From assembly GCA_013374835.1 (NCBI GenBank), contig CP055307.1, positions 471,315 to 535,314 of the forward strand: a stretch of DNA of 64,000 nucleotides. Reading direction: 5' to 3'. This DNA is from Candidatus Woesebacteria bacterium (GTDB lineage: Bacteria; Patescibacteriota; Microgenomatia; UBA8517). The translations under genes were made by a program, and so were the position numbers. Shown here piece by piece: positions 1 through 9,830 of this stretch (positions are counted from its first letter, which is position 1; every line of letters begins with the position of its first letter). The notes under the pieces were generated by a model. That model made no database searches. It was not told where the DNA came from and worked only from the letters and a program-made list of their open reading frames with translations.

Positions 1-129
1 AATATTGGAAGCATGGACAGCGCATTCGGGAAAAGCATTTCTTCTAGCCCGAAAAGCTCTGGCGGGTCCGGATTTGGCGGTGGTTCAGCAGGCGGCGGAT
101 TTGGCGGAGGGGGCGGGGGGAGCTGGTAA
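1..129 (+). CDS. 3' end of a DUF2207/TPM-type membrane protein (partial)
   Basis: Frame 1 reads ...SSGGSGFGGGSAGGGFGGGGGGSW*, the Gly-rich GSW tail typical of these families. Confidence 0.75.
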   Translation, partial: NIGSMDSAFGKSISSSPKSSGGSGFGGGSAGGGFGGGGGGSW

Positions 130-134
130 AAGCT

Positions 135-758
135 TCAGTTTAGCTCTGAAAGGTAGTTTTTGACTTTTAAGGAAATATCGTTTTTGATTTCATCCCAATT
201 TATGTTTGTTGTGTAATCTGGATCGGGGTCTTGATCCGCATTTTCAAAGTAAGTAAGGGATTTAAGGATATGAATTTTTTGGTAGGAAACTTGGTTAAAT
301 TTTTTATCGAAGCTTTTAAGAAGAGTTTTGAGGCGATATTTTTTAAGTATAAAGTAAAGGTCTGCAAAATCTTTTTTGGTTGAGCGGGATGAAATTGCCG
401 AAAGCTTCATGCAGGCTATATCTAGTATTGAGGCGAGTTTAATGCCTTCGTATTGAATAAGATTTTTAAGGATCGGATATTTATATTCGAGAAAGCTTGT
501 TTTTATATCCTTTATGATTACATCAAGAGTACCTTGTGCTTCTTGAGCTATTTTTGGAGAAAGCGGATCAAGACGCTGGATAAGAATATCCCTGTCTGGG
601 AATTTTTGAATAAAAAAGTCCAAGTCCGCCGATTTTCTATGTCCTATTTGCAGTGCAAGCGCGGTTCCTCCTGCCAGATAGAAAGTATTTACTATCGGGA
701 TTTTTTTGAGTTTATTTAAAACCTGTCTTGTTTGCGGATAAAGGGTTTGTTTATACAT
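135..758 (-). CDS. AbiEii/AbiGii-family nucleotidyltransferase (type IV TA toxin-like)
   Basis: YLAGGTALALQIGHRKSADLDFF and KLSAISSRSTKKDFADLY motifs. Confidence 0.9.
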   Translation of the reverse strand: MYKQTLYPQTRQVLNKLKKIPIVNTFYLAGGTALALQIGHRKSADLDFFIQKFPDRDILIQRLDPLSPKIAQEAQGTLDVIIKDIKTSFLEYKYPILKNLIQYEGIKLASILDIACMKLSAISSRSTKKDFADLYFILKKYRLKTLLKSFDKKFNQVSYQKIHILKSLTYFENADQDPDPDYTTNINWDEIKNDISLKVKNYLSELN

Positions 759-1006
759 AAAATTTCTTTTTTGGGAATATCAAAATATAGTGCGTAAAAA
801 TTTCCGGTTTTTGAAGATATTCTTTTGCTGTTTTTGAGAACATTTGTTATTTCCTCTTTTTTAAAATTTTTTATCAACCACTCTAATTCGTTCCAGTCTC
901 CGTATTCCAAAATCCTCTCTATTATAAAAGCGGAATCGAATTTAGTAAGATTGTCAGTGTTTACGTCCCAAAGGAATTTTTTGACGTTTTGAGGCAATGT
1001 GAGCAT
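716..1006 (-). CDS. DUF6922-like small protein, putative antitoxin partner of the AbiEii gene
   Basis: FLWDV...FIIERILEYGD motif; overlaps the start of the AbiEii gene. Confidence 0.8.
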   Translation of the reverse strand: MLTLPQNVKKFLWDVNTDNLTKFDSAFIIERILEYGDWNELEWLIKNFKKEEITNVLKNSKRISSKTGNFYALYFDIPKKEILCINKPFIRKQDRF

Positions 1007-1017
1007 TGTTTATTATA

Positions 1018-1671
1018 TCATTTTTCGAAGATAATTGAATTTGGTTTTGCTCCCAGTTTTTGAATTATGCTTTTAATGTCAGCAACCATTTGTTTTGGAC
1101 CACAGACGTAGAAATTCATATCCGGGTTGAAAAATTTTTTTATTTTCCCTTCGTTTATGCGACCAAAATCGTAGCCGTTTATTTTTTCTTTTGTGAGGGT
1201 GAGAGATAGATCACTTTCGTCAAAGAAGTTTCTTAATTCAGTTTCCATGATAATATCTTTTTTGGTTTTGTTTGAAAAGATAAGCTTATTGTCTTTGAGA
1301 TCATCTTTTTTATGAAGCATTTTGAAAATAGACAGAAAAGGAGTTATCCCTGCACCGCCTGCTATAAAAACGCCTTTTCCCTGGTAATTGATTGTGCCGA
1401 AAGGGGAGGAAAGGGTAAGATTATCACCCGGCTTTTTGAAAAGAAAGCTTTCCGTTAGGCCGCTGTGATTAGGGAATAGCTTTGGGGGGTAAGTTTTTAT
1501 TATAAATTCCAGCACCAGATCTTCGGGCTGGGAGATCATTGTAAAAGGGTGTCCCTCTATTTCTACGGCTTGGCCGGGCAGAAAGTCGAAATTACCCGGC
1601 TTACTGATGATTAAGCGGATTACGTTATGGGTAACTGGTTCTATAAGTAATATTTTTGAGTTAAAGTTCAC
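1018..1671 (-). CDS. FAD/NAD-binding oxidoreductase (ferredoxin/flavodoxin reductase family)
   Basis: F.PGQ, HPFT, FIAGGAGITPF and YVCGP motifs. Confidence 0.9.
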   Translation of the reverse strand: MNFNSKILLIEPVTHNVIRLIISKPGNFDFLPGQAVEIEGHPFTMISQPEDLVLEFIIKTYPPKLFPNHSGLTESFLFKKPGDNLTLSSPFGTINYQGKGVFIAGGAGITPFLSIFKMLHKKDDLKDNKLIFSNKTKKDIIMETELRNFFDESDLSLTLTKEKINGYDFGRINEGKIKKFFNPDMNFYVCGPKQMVADIKSIIQKLGAKPNSIIFEK

Positions 1672-1740
1672 AATTTATATGATACCATTTTTGTTTTTAC
1701 AAGTGTATGTAGATGCTATACTAAAAATAGGAGCTGCCTG

Positions 1741-3423
1741 ATGAGATTTGCTAAAGAAGTTTATAAACAGATACTTGTTGATTCGGGGTATATTAATGCC
1801 GACGAATTTGAAGAATCGGTTAAAACTGCCGAGGATCTTGATAAAAATATAGAGGATGTACTTATTTTTAATGGTTTAATTTCTTCAGATGCTTTATCTA
1901 AACTTGTTTCCGAATATCTTAAAGTTCCTTATGTAAATCTTAAGAGGTTAGAAATACCGGATTCAATTCTTTCAGTTATTCCTGAAAAGATGGCCGTTAC
2001 TTACAACATGATTCCTTTTGCCAGGGAGGGTGACGTATTAAAGATTGCAATGGAAAATCCGGGAGATGCGGAGGCTATCGAGTTTGCAAAGCGGCATACT
2101 GGAGCAATAATTGCACCTTATTATTCAAATCATGAGGATATCAAAAGGGCTCTCGGGCAATATAAAAGAAATATTCGCGCGGAATTTAATAAGATTATAT
2201 CCGAGAGCGTGGAACTTGCCGGAGCCGAGAAGGATCTGATAAAGGCTGCTGAAAAACTCCCTATTATAAAAATTTTAGATACTATATTTGAATATGCTTT
2301 TGCTGAGCGTGCAAGCGATATCCATGTTGAAACCCAAGAGAAGGAGGTTTTTGTAAGGTTTAGGATTGACGGAAGGCTTGTTGATATTGTGAGGCTTCCA
2401 AGGGGGATTGAGGAGGCGTTGGTTGCAAGAATAAAGATTTTATCAAACCTTAAACTAGATGAAAGAAGAGTGCCGCAGGATGGAAGGTATAAGTTTAATA
2501 TTGGAAGCGAGCCTATTTCGCTTAGGATTTCGATTATTCCCGGTTTTTACGGAGAGAATGTTGTTATGAGAATTTTAAATGAATCTGCGCGTCCGTTGAG
2601 TTTTGAGGAGCTTGGGCTTGCTGGAAAGGGTCTTGAAATTATTAAAAATAATTTGAAACGGCCAAATGGAATGATATTAGTAACAGGTCCGACGGGGTCT
2701 GGTAAGACCACAACTTTGTATTCGGCATTGAATATTCTGAATACGATTGATGTAAAAATATGTACTATTGAGGATCCTATCGAATACGGAATTCCGCGTG
2801 TGACTCAAATACAGGTTAATCCTAAAACAGGGCTTACTTTTGCTACGGGTCTAAGATCTTTATTAAGGCATGATCCGGATATTATGATGGTGGGTGAGAT
2901 CAGGGATAAAGAAACTGCCGAGATAGCGATACATGCTGCGCTAACCGGTCATCTTGTGCTTTCTACTTTGCATACGAATGACGCTGCTGGTGCTATACCT
3001 AGGCTTTTGGATATGGGAGTTGAGGGGTATCTGGCCGCTTCTACTATTAATGTGGTGATTGCCCAAAGGCTTGTAAGGAAAATTTGTAGCTCATGTATCG
3101 AGCAGTGCACTCCGGATGCAGCGCTTTCCGAAAAGATAAGCAAGGATTTAAAGGTGGACCTATCGTCTCAGAAGTTTTATAGAGGAAAGGGGTGCGCCGT
3201 GTGTGGGAATAGCGGATTTTCCGGAAGGATCGGGATTTATGAGGTTTTACCAGTGACTTCTAATATTAGGAGTTTAATTACTAAGAATGTTTCAAGCGAT
3301 TTGATTTTAGAGCAGGCCAAAAAGGAGGGAATGGTTTCTATGATTCAGGACGGGCTTAACAAAGTGGCAGGCGGGATGACTACTATTCAGGAGGTTTTGC
3401 GCGCGGTAATGGAGACTCAATGA
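1741..3423 (+). CDS. pilB: Type IV pilus assembly ATPase PilB/GspE
   Basis: ASDIH, GPTGSGKTTTLY Walker A, TIEDPIEY, LRHDPD, GEIRD, Cys zinc motifs. Confidence 0.95.
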   Translation: MRFAKEVYKQILVDSGYINADEFEESVKTAEDLDKNIEDVLIFNGLISSDALSKLVSEYLKVPYVNLKRLEIPDSILSVIPEKMAVTYNMIPFAREGDVLKIAMENPGDAEAIEFAKRHTGAIIAPYYSNHEDIKRALGQYKRNIRAEFNKIISESVELAGAEKDLIKAAEKLPIIKILDTIFEYAFAERASDIHVETQEKEVFVRFRIDGRLVDIVRLPRGIEEALVARIKILSNLKLDERRVPQDGRYKFNIGSEPISLRISIIPGFYGENVVMRILNESARPLSFEELGLAGKGLEIIKNNLKRPNGMILVTGPTGSGKTTTLYSALNILNTIDVKICTIEDPIEYGIPRVTQIQVNPKTGLTFATGLRSLLRHDPDIMMVGEIRDKETAEIAIHAALTGHLVLSTLHTNDAAGAIPRLLDMGVEGYLAASTINVVIAQRLVRKICSSCIEQCTPDAALSEKISKDLKVDLSSQKFYRGKGCAVCGNSGFSGRIGIYEVLPVTSNIRSLITKNVSSDLILEQAKKEGMVSMIQDGLNKVAGGMTTIQEVLRAVMETQ

Positions 3424-4640
3424 AAATTTTCAAATACAAGGCAAAAAACGCAGAAGGAAATGTAATCGAGGATACTATCCAGGCGGGTAGTCGAGAGGAA
3501 GCGGCGAGCGCGATCCGATCTCAAGGGCTTCAGGTTCTTACTGTGAAAAATCCGGACAAAATTGGCGGAAGCATGGTTTTTGGTGGTATTTCAGTTTCTG
3601 AAAAGAGTTCTTTTTGCAGATTCATGGCTACCATGCTTCGGTCAGGTATGTCTCTACCTGAGGCAGTGGATATTATACGCGAAGGATCAAAAAATAAAAG
3701 GTTTAATAAAATACTTTCGGATGTTTCTTTCCAGACACAGAAGGGTAAGAGCCTGTCTATGGTTTTATCCCAATATGAGAGGGATTTTGACCAGATTTTT
3801 TTAACCATGATTAAAGTAGGCGAGGAGTCTGGGACGCTTGATAAGGCCTTTGATTATTTGTCAAAGCAGCTTTCGGCAAGTCATGAATTAAAACAAAAGG
3901 TAACAGGATCTTTGATGTATCCTGCGGTAATAATTCTTGCAATGTTTGCCAACGGGCTTTTGATGATGCTTTTTGTACTGCCGAAGATATCTCAGGCTTT
4001 TTTGAAGCTTGAGGTCCCTTTACCGATTTACACAAAATGGCTTCTTATAGTAGGTGAGTTTTTTGGTAATAATGTGTTACTGGTTCTTGGTGTTTTCGGA
4101 GTGATTTTGGGCTTATTAGTTTTTCTTTTTATATTACAATCTACGCGAAACTTGATTATGAGGTTTATAACAAAACTTCCTATTGTGCGGGACATATCAA
4201 GACATATTGATGTAGCACGGTTTTCCAGGACGCTTTCTACACTTCTTCGGAGCGGTGTGCCGATACTTGAGGCTTTGGATGTTTCTGTCGGGACTTTGGG
4301 GCAGAGGTCTTTTAAGAGAGAGGCTAAAAAGTTCAGCGAAAGCGTTTCTAAGGGAGAGTCTTTATCTGATGTTCTTATAAAAAACAAAGATCTTTTTCCG
4401 CCTATAATGGTCCAGACAATAAAAGCAGGAGAGCAGTCGGGGAGCCTTGAGGATGTACTTGAAGAGCTAGCCGTTTTTTATGAAAAAGAGGTGGATTATA
4501 GTTTGAAGAGATTTACTTCCCTACTTGAGCCTGTTCTGATGCTTTTGATAGGCGCGGTTGTAGGAGTAATGGTGATTATGATGATTGCCCCGATTTATAG
4601 CATTATAGGTGGATTACAGTCTGCTATACAGCAGCCATGA
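3420..4640 (+). CDS. pilC: Type IV pilus platform protein PilC/GspF
   Basis: Two GEESG/GEQSG T2SSF repeats, YP motif, EP motif; follows pilB. Confidence 0.95.
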   Translation: MKIFKYKAKNAEGNVIEDTIQAGSREEAASAIRSQGLQVLTVKNPDKIGGSMVFGGISVSEKSSFCRFMATMLRSGMSLPEAVDIIREGSKNKRFNKILSDVSFQTQKGKSLSMVLSQYERDFDQIFLTMIKVGEESGTLDKAFDYLSKQLSASHELKQKVTGSLMYPAVIILAMFANGLLMMLFVLPKISQAFLKLEVPLPIYTKWLLIVGEFFGNNVLLVLGVFGVILGLLVFLFILQSTRNLIMRFITKLPIVRDISRHIDVARFSRTLSTLLRSGVPILEALDVSVGTLGQRSFKREAKKFSESVSKGESLSDVLIKNKDLFPPIMVQTIKAGEQSGSLEDVLEELAVFYEKEVDYSLKRFTSLLEPVLMLLIGAVVGVMVIMMIAPIYSIIGGLQSAIQQP

Positions 4641-5356
4641 AAATTTTAGAAGATAAGAAAAAGCTTTTATTAATTTTTGTTTTTTTATTGCTGGCTGTTG
4701 TTTTTTTTATTCTTCTTTTTAGAAGGTCTTCTCAAGACCAGACATCTAAGATTCAAAAAATTTTAATTAATAAAGACGGGCATGAGGTGGTGGTTTTACG
4801 AGATGGTAGTGTGTTAATAAATAGCTTAGACGGCTCGAAAAGCGAAGTATGGGACGAGGGGAAGACGGAAGCTTTTTTTGGATACTATGAGAAGCTTTAC
4901 TTGGGTAGCGAGGAATATGCGGTAGAGGAAAATGGGGATTATATTGTTTTTAATGATGGCAGGAAAATAAGCATTAAGGATGAAGATGAGCTATCGGATA
5001 TTATTATCGATACTGACGGGGATGGAAGAGGAGATGGTTATTTTGATGACAGAAGAGACGGCTCAGGTGGTGAGGGAGGTGGATACAATGGCGATGTAGA
5101 TGGGTGGTTTCCTATGCCTACACCTTCTTCCTATCCGACTTCAACTACCTCACCGACTTCCGGTGGAGGAGACAATGAATGCCTTTATTGGAGGCTGAGT
5201 TACTGCGTTCGGCCTAGGACTCCGACTCCATCTCCTGTAGCTACCAAAGTACCTAGTGTTGATTTGCCGCCAACTTGTACTGAATCGATTAACAGGAAAA
5301 CTGGAAGAACGGTTATTTCCAACGAACTTTGTGTAACCGACGAGGATGTTGAGTAG
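4637..5356 (+). CDS. Hypothetical membrane-anchored protein with Gly/Asp- and Pro/Thr-rich linkers
   Basis: N-terminal TM helix; overlaps the pilC stop. Confidence 0.75.
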   Translation: MKILEDKKKLLLIFVFLLLAVVFFILLFRRSSQDQTSKIQKILINKDGHEVVVLRDGSVLINSLDGSKSEVWDEGKTEAFFGYYEKLYLGSEEYAVEENGDYIVFNDGRKISIKDEDELSDIIIDTDGDGRGDGYFDDRRDGSGGEGGGYNGDVDGWFPMPTPSSYPTSTTSPTSGGGDNECLYWRLSYCVRPRTPTPSPVATKVPSVDLPPTCTESINRKTGRTVISNELCVTDEDVE

Positions 5357-5498
5357 TAGCCTCTTTTTAGGGAAATATTGGTATAAGTGTGGATTGATTT
5401 CAGAAGAGGATGAATGTTTTTGGTAATAATAAATTTTTAGCCAATCACCTTAGACATCATCTTGATTTATATTTATAAGAGGTGTAATTTTAAAAAAA

Positions 5499-5573
5499 GA
5501 AGTTGTGTTTAAGGAATCCGGTGAAAGTCCGGGGCTGTGCCGCAACCGTGAAAGACGGAAAACTAGCAACTTC
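5499..5573 (+). promoter_or_regulatory. Compact cobalamin riboswitch-like RNA
   Basis: AAGGAATCCGGTGAAAGTCCGG..GCTGTGCCGCAACCGTGAAAG core; closing stem GAAGTTG/CAACTTC; short CCGT-GAAAG-ACGG hairpin. Confidence 0.75.
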
Positions 5574-5589
5574 ATTAATCCCGAGCAGG

Positions 5590-6450
5590 ATGGTGGTTAC
5601 TGAAAAAGAAATTAAAACTTGCTTAATAAATTGGCGGGATAAACCGCCTTCTCAAGTTGTTGAGGAGCTTTCTTCGCTTTCAGTTGAAAGTTTGGGTGCA
5701 CCTGATAATTATTATTTTTTACTTTGGAATGGGCGTTTTGTTTCTCCTGAGACAGGTGCTTTTGTTTACGAATCGATAGATAGGCATTCGTTTCTTGGAC
5801 AGAGAGAGTACAAGGCCTTTTTAGGCTTGGAGAATTGGGCTCAAAAAAGCACAAGGGGAGTGGCGGTATGGATTAGCCCTAAATTTGTGGGCAAGTATGA
5901 CGCTTCAAAAATTATCGTGAGCGAGATTGTATCAAAAAATGGGCAAAAGGCTATAGAAAATACTTCGATTTTATTGAATCTTAGCGATAGCGAGTGTTTG
6001 GAGGCAGCAAGGAGAATGGGGCTTTATCTTGAAGACGTTGAAAAATTGAGGGAGAGCATTATAGTTTTGCCATGCGACGGCTTGGCTTGGGTAGATATAG
6101 TTGAATCTGCCGTTGGAAAAAATAGTGAGCTTTTTGACGAGATTAGGAATAACTTACGTGGTAATAAAAATAGGTCTCTTTATTTAGCCAGAGGATATCA
6201 GCAAATGATTGAAATGGGAGTTGATCCAATGATTATTTATCAGCAAATGCAGAGAGATAGGTTTTTAGGAATGAGCGTGATAAGCTGTCCGGCCACTGTT
6301 TCGGAAACGATGCTTCGACAAAGTATAATCTTTGGAGAAAAGACACTTGAGTGTGACTGTCCTTATTGCGGGAAGCATGTTAATGCCAAAATTAGTATGG
6401 GCCAGATTCATTGCCCTAATTGTGGAAGATATGCTTCTTATCTTTGTTAA
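5590..6450 (+). CDS. Hypothetical protein with C-terminal zinc ribbon
   Basis: CPYC...CPNC; start moved to ATG 5590 because the annotated upstream part is the riboswitch-like RNA. Confidence 0.7.
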   Translation: MVVTEKEIKTCLINWRDKPPSQVVEELSSLSVESLGAPDNYYFLLWNGRFVSPETGAFVYESIDRHSFLGQREYKAFLGLENWAQKSTRGVAVWISPKFVGKYDASKIIVSEIVSKNGQKAIENTSILLNLSDSECLEAARRMGLYLEDVEKLRESIIVLPCDGLAWVDIVESAVGKNSELFDEIRNNLRGNKNRSLYLARGYQQMIEMGVDPMIIYQQMQRDRFLGMSVISCPATVSETMLRQSIIFGEKTLECDCPYCGKHVNAKISMGQIHCPNCGRYASYLC

Positions 6451-6451
6451 T

Positions 6452-7849
6452 TTAATCTTCTTGCCAGCTAATGAATTCTAGTTCCCCGGTGGTTGGGAAG
6501 TATGGCGGAGGTGCAAAAAGGAATCTTGAATCGTAGTTTATTGTCCTTGTTCTAAAACCGGATTCTAAAGGATTATTATAGTTCCAGTATGATTTGGAGT
6601 AGGAAATAAGCGCGCCATTTATTGTAAGGCTACTGCGTATTGCGTTTGGGTGGTTTCCGCACGACAACAGATAACCATGCCTTATCACCCTTCCTTTTTG
6701 GGCTATTATTGCTGCGTCTATTTGAAAATTATCGGGAAGATCGCGAACGAAATAGACATCATTTTGGGCAATTAACCCTAATGTGTTTGTGCCGTCGTAG
6801 GAATCGTAGACGATATTGTTTTTTATCCAGATGTTCATGTTTTGTGATGTTAACGGGAAAGCCGCTGCTACAACTGTAACCTTTCCCTTAACCGTTCCCT
6901 CGACCCAGAGATGGTCTTCTGCAAAAATAATAGGGGTTTCCGAAGTTTGATATGTTCCTATTAGATCCTCGTTTCTTATTAATTGGTATCTTCTTCTACA
7001 ACCTCCTTGCCCGTCTTGTCCGAGGCCTTCGCCCGGTGCGCTGTAGCCATAGATTGAGTTGGTGTTATTTACCCTATAAATTTCAACAGTCCCATTTTCT
7101 ATGAATACTAGGTGATATCCGGCTCTTCCCGAATTATCAAGATAAAGACCCACGTTTTGTGCCGCTTGGCGCATGTTTTGGAAGTCGAATGCGATGGAAT
7201 CAAAGTCCACGATTGGTACGGGGAATTCCCAAAGAGACTGGTCTCCTCCATTCCCCCAGACTCCAGGTTTCCAGACAGGTGGAAAGCAGCCTGTTTCGGA
7301 GCCGCAGCGATATTCGTCTTTTGCACTGGTTACGCGGCCTGTATTTGTCCCATCCATTCTTATCCCGTTATTGGAGTGGATGTCTCCGTTTACCGTTATT
7401 CCTTCTCCGTACCATACACTTGCGTTATTGAGGAAAACAAATTTGGCAAAAGAAGGTTTTCCGTACCGGGCTGTGATTGTGCGCTTTATTCCAGGTTTAT
7501 TGTAGCTAATTCCTGTTGATTTGATTGTTACGATTGAAGATCCGTCTTGTGGTGGGGTTATTTCAAGGCTGAATTCGCCAATTTCTTTGCCTTGGGGATC
7601 TTTATAAACGTGTATATATGGGCCTTTCTGTCCCGTGCCGTCCGTAAAGTCATCCGGTGCGTGTGCGAGATGCCACTTGTAATAGTTTATACCTGCTTCT
7701 GCTATATTTAGCGCCTCTTCGGATGCGACTCTTCTGTTTGAATATTCAAACTGGGTAGTTAAGAGTAAAAGAAGTCCGTATATTATTACAAGAAAAGAGC
7801 CGGTTATTACAAGAAGAGCCGGTGTTATAGTTCCTTTTTTTGTTTTCAT
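6452..7849 (-). CDS. PilX-like minor pilin / pilus tip protein
   Basis: KKG|TITPALL prepilin-like N-terminus, ALNIAEAG motif, C-terminal PPYFP...SWQE. Confidence 0.85.
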   Translation of the reverse strand: MKTKKGTITPALLVITGSFLVIIYGLLLLLTTQFEYSNRRVASEEALNIAEAGINYYKWHLAHAPDDFTDGTGQKGPYIHVYKDPQGKEIGEFSLEITPPQDGSSIVTIKSTGISYNKPGIKRTITARYGKPSFAKFVFLNNASVWYGEGITVNGDIHSNNGIRMDGTNTGRVTSAKDEYRCGSETGCFPPVWKPGVWGNGGDQSLWEFPVPIVDFDSIAFDFQNMRQAAQNVGLYLDNSGRAGYHLVFIENGTVEIYRVNNTNSIYGYSAPGEGLGQDGQGGCRRRYQLIRNEDLIGTYQTSETPIIFAEDHLWVEGTVKGKVTVVAAAFPLTSQNMNIWIKNNIVYDSYDGTNTLGLIAQNDVYFVRDLPDNFQIDAAIIAQKGRVIRHGYLLSCGNHPNAIRSSLTINGALISYSKSYWNYNNPLESGFRTRTINYDSRFLFAPPPYFPTTGELEFISWQED

Positions 7850-8460
7850 CTTATTGTTGTTAGCGTTCTTATCTGTGCTTGCGAGCTAATTACATAGTCG
7901 GTATCGGGTGAATTTTCTTTTGGGTTAACTCTTATATAGATTTGTACCAGCTTGATTTTATCTAGGTCTGCTGGCGTTGGCATGGGGTTTTCCTCTGTGT
8001 CCTCAGGCCAGTTCTGGTTGTAATAGAAAAAGGCAGGCATATCGTGGTTTCTTACATTATCAGATAAATTTATTGATTTTGCATCATTCGGATTATAAAT
8101 CGGAGGATTGCCGCTTGGTTTGATTGTTGTTTTAGTGAATGTGTTTCCGTTAAGCTCGTATGTTACTTTTTCAGCTTTGCCGTCTTTGTCGATATCCGAA
8201 TAGAAGGTTATTTTGTTGTTTTCGGCTGTTTCGATTGTGAACGCCCCGTTGTCTCCCTGTCTTGCAGTTCTTAGTTCTTTGACTAATTCGTTTGCTATAC
8301 GACTGGTTTCTTCGACTGAGATGGAGTTATTTATCAAAGTAAGTTGCCCTTTCCCTAGGATGTATTGAATACCCGTAATTCCTACGCCTAAAATGACTAT
8401 AAAGAGACCAACCATGGATACTTCAACCAGAGTAAAGCCTTTTTGTCTATTTGTTTTCAT
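7846..8460 (-). CDS. Prepilin-type minor pilin (PilW-like)
   Basis: QKG|FTLVE N-methylation motif. Confidence 0.9.
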   Translation of the reverse strand: MKTNRQKGFTLVEVSMVGLFIVILGVGITGIQYILGKGQLTLINNSISVEETSRIANELVKELRTARQGDNGAFTIETAENNKITFYSDIDKDGKAEKVTYELNGNTFTKTTIKPSGNPPIYNPNDAKSINLSDNVRNHDMPAFFYYNQNWPEDTEENPMPTPADLDKIKLVQIYIRVNPKENSPDTDYVISSQAQIRTLTTIR

Positions 8461-9809
8461 TATTCGTTTATCAGAATTATTTTTTCGATTTTGTGATTTG
8501 ATACTGAAATCGTATTTGAATAATAGGTAAATCCTGATGCTGTTGCTTCGAGAATATAGTTTTTGTTTTCAAGATCGGGAAAATAAATTTGCCCAAAGTC
8601 GGGATCATCGCTTATTCCTGCCGATCCGCTTGCTTCTATTTGATCGTTTAATTTAAGCATTGCAGAGACCGAAGCTATGGGATTTGCTGCGCTGTCTTCA
8701 AAAATTGTTAAAAGACTAAAAGGGGTTGACGGATCTGCAAGTGATATAAACACTTCTTTTTGTGTATTTGGCTCGAGTTTGATTGGAAGGTGCGGGTTAC
8801 TTCCTGCAAACACCCTTATAGAGTCATTTGGAAGTGTGACATGATAGTTGTCCCATTCGAAATTTTGGATTTGAATTTTTCCAGTTGAATCGGATACTAC
8901 GTCTTGCTCATATTTATAAACAGGTATATCTTCCTCTGTTGTTCCTATTATTTTTTCTCCTCTTAAGTGGATTGTTTGGTTTGCTAAAGGTGCAAATTCA
9001 GATTCTCTTGTATCTACTGTGTAAATTGTAAGATTACTTAGGCGGTCAATGCTAAATGATATTTCTGTAAGCTCATTTTCTATTATGGTCAAATGCGGTT
9101 TTGACGGATTGGCTATTTCGGCTGTTGAGTAAGTTTTTTCGGTGCTAAAGCCATCTTTTGTAATTGTTATTTGATAGCATTCCGTACAAGCCGGTGCGCC
9201 GGGTAAGATGACTTTTCCATCAGAGCCTGTCATTAAGTTTAGATCTACAGCTGGGGATAGTGTCGGCGCATATATTTGTACATTGGTTTGTGGGACTGGG
9301 TTTGAGTTTGAATCAAAAACGAGGATTGAGATAGTGCCGCCGCCGGTTTCTGTTTCGATACCTTTGGGCGATAGGTCAGTAATTAAAGTAACGGTGTTTC
9401 CCTTTGAAGCGGCTATTCCTCCCCAAGAGACATCGATCCTTGCTCTCTTATAGTCGTTTGGGAGAATATCATTTGGAGCTAAGCCGTCAAAAGGATCGTC
9501 AATGTAAACGACAGAAGTTTTAATTGTATAGGTAAGGCCGTTTTCTATTATGGTTTTTATTTGGGGTAGAATGCCTTGCGGAATTCCACCTATTGTGCCT
9601 ACTTTATCAAAGGGCATGTTCCTAATTGTTTCTATTTCATAGTTGGCGATGTGCTGGGCATTGGTTCTCGCTCTTGTATAAGAGATTGTATCGTAGGCTG
9701 AGAATACAAGAGTTATTACCGCTTGGGAGAGAATGCTAAAGATGCCGAGGGTTATTATTATTCCTATAAGTATTTGGCCTTTTTGACAATTTTGAGGGCG
9801 GGGCTTCAT
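8460..9809 (-). CDS. Prepilin-like protein (PilV-like) with carboxypeptidase-regulatory-like beta domains
   Basis: QKG|QILIG hydrophobic N-terminus; E.IRN motif; repeated V.D..G/YQITITKDGF segments. Confidence 0.8.
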   Translation of the reverse strand: MKPRPQNCQKGQILIGIIITLGIFSILSQAVITLVFSAYDTISYTRARTNAQHIANYEIETIRNMPFDKVGTIGGIPQGILPQIKTIIENGLTYTIKTSVVYIDDPFDGLAPNDILPNDYKRARIDVSWGGIAASKGNTVTLITDLSPKGIETETGGGTISILVFDSNSNPVPQTNVQIYAPTLSPAVDLNLMTGSDGKVILPGAPACTECYQITITKDGFSTEKTYSTAEIANPSKPHLTIIENELTEISFSIDRLSNLTIYTVDTRESEFAPLANQTIHLRGEKIIGTTEEDIPVYKYEQDVVSDSTGKIQIQNFEWDNYHVTLPNDSIRVFAGSNPHLPIKLEPNTQKEVFISLADPSTPFSLLTIFEDSAANPIASVSAMLKLNDQIEASGSAGISDDPDFGQIYFPDLENKNYILEATASGFTYYSNTISVSNHKIEKIILINE

Positions 9810-9830
9810 AAATTTAGTATATCATTTATA

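Noticed and set aside
5503-5589. Extended N-termini in the ORF track (also 9723, 16523, 16942)
   Set aside because: They overlap RNA elements or opposite-strand genes; downstream ATGs fit better.
6452-9809. Invertible (shufflon-like) minor-pilin segment
   Set aside because: No flanking inverted repeats noticed and no recombinase in the window.
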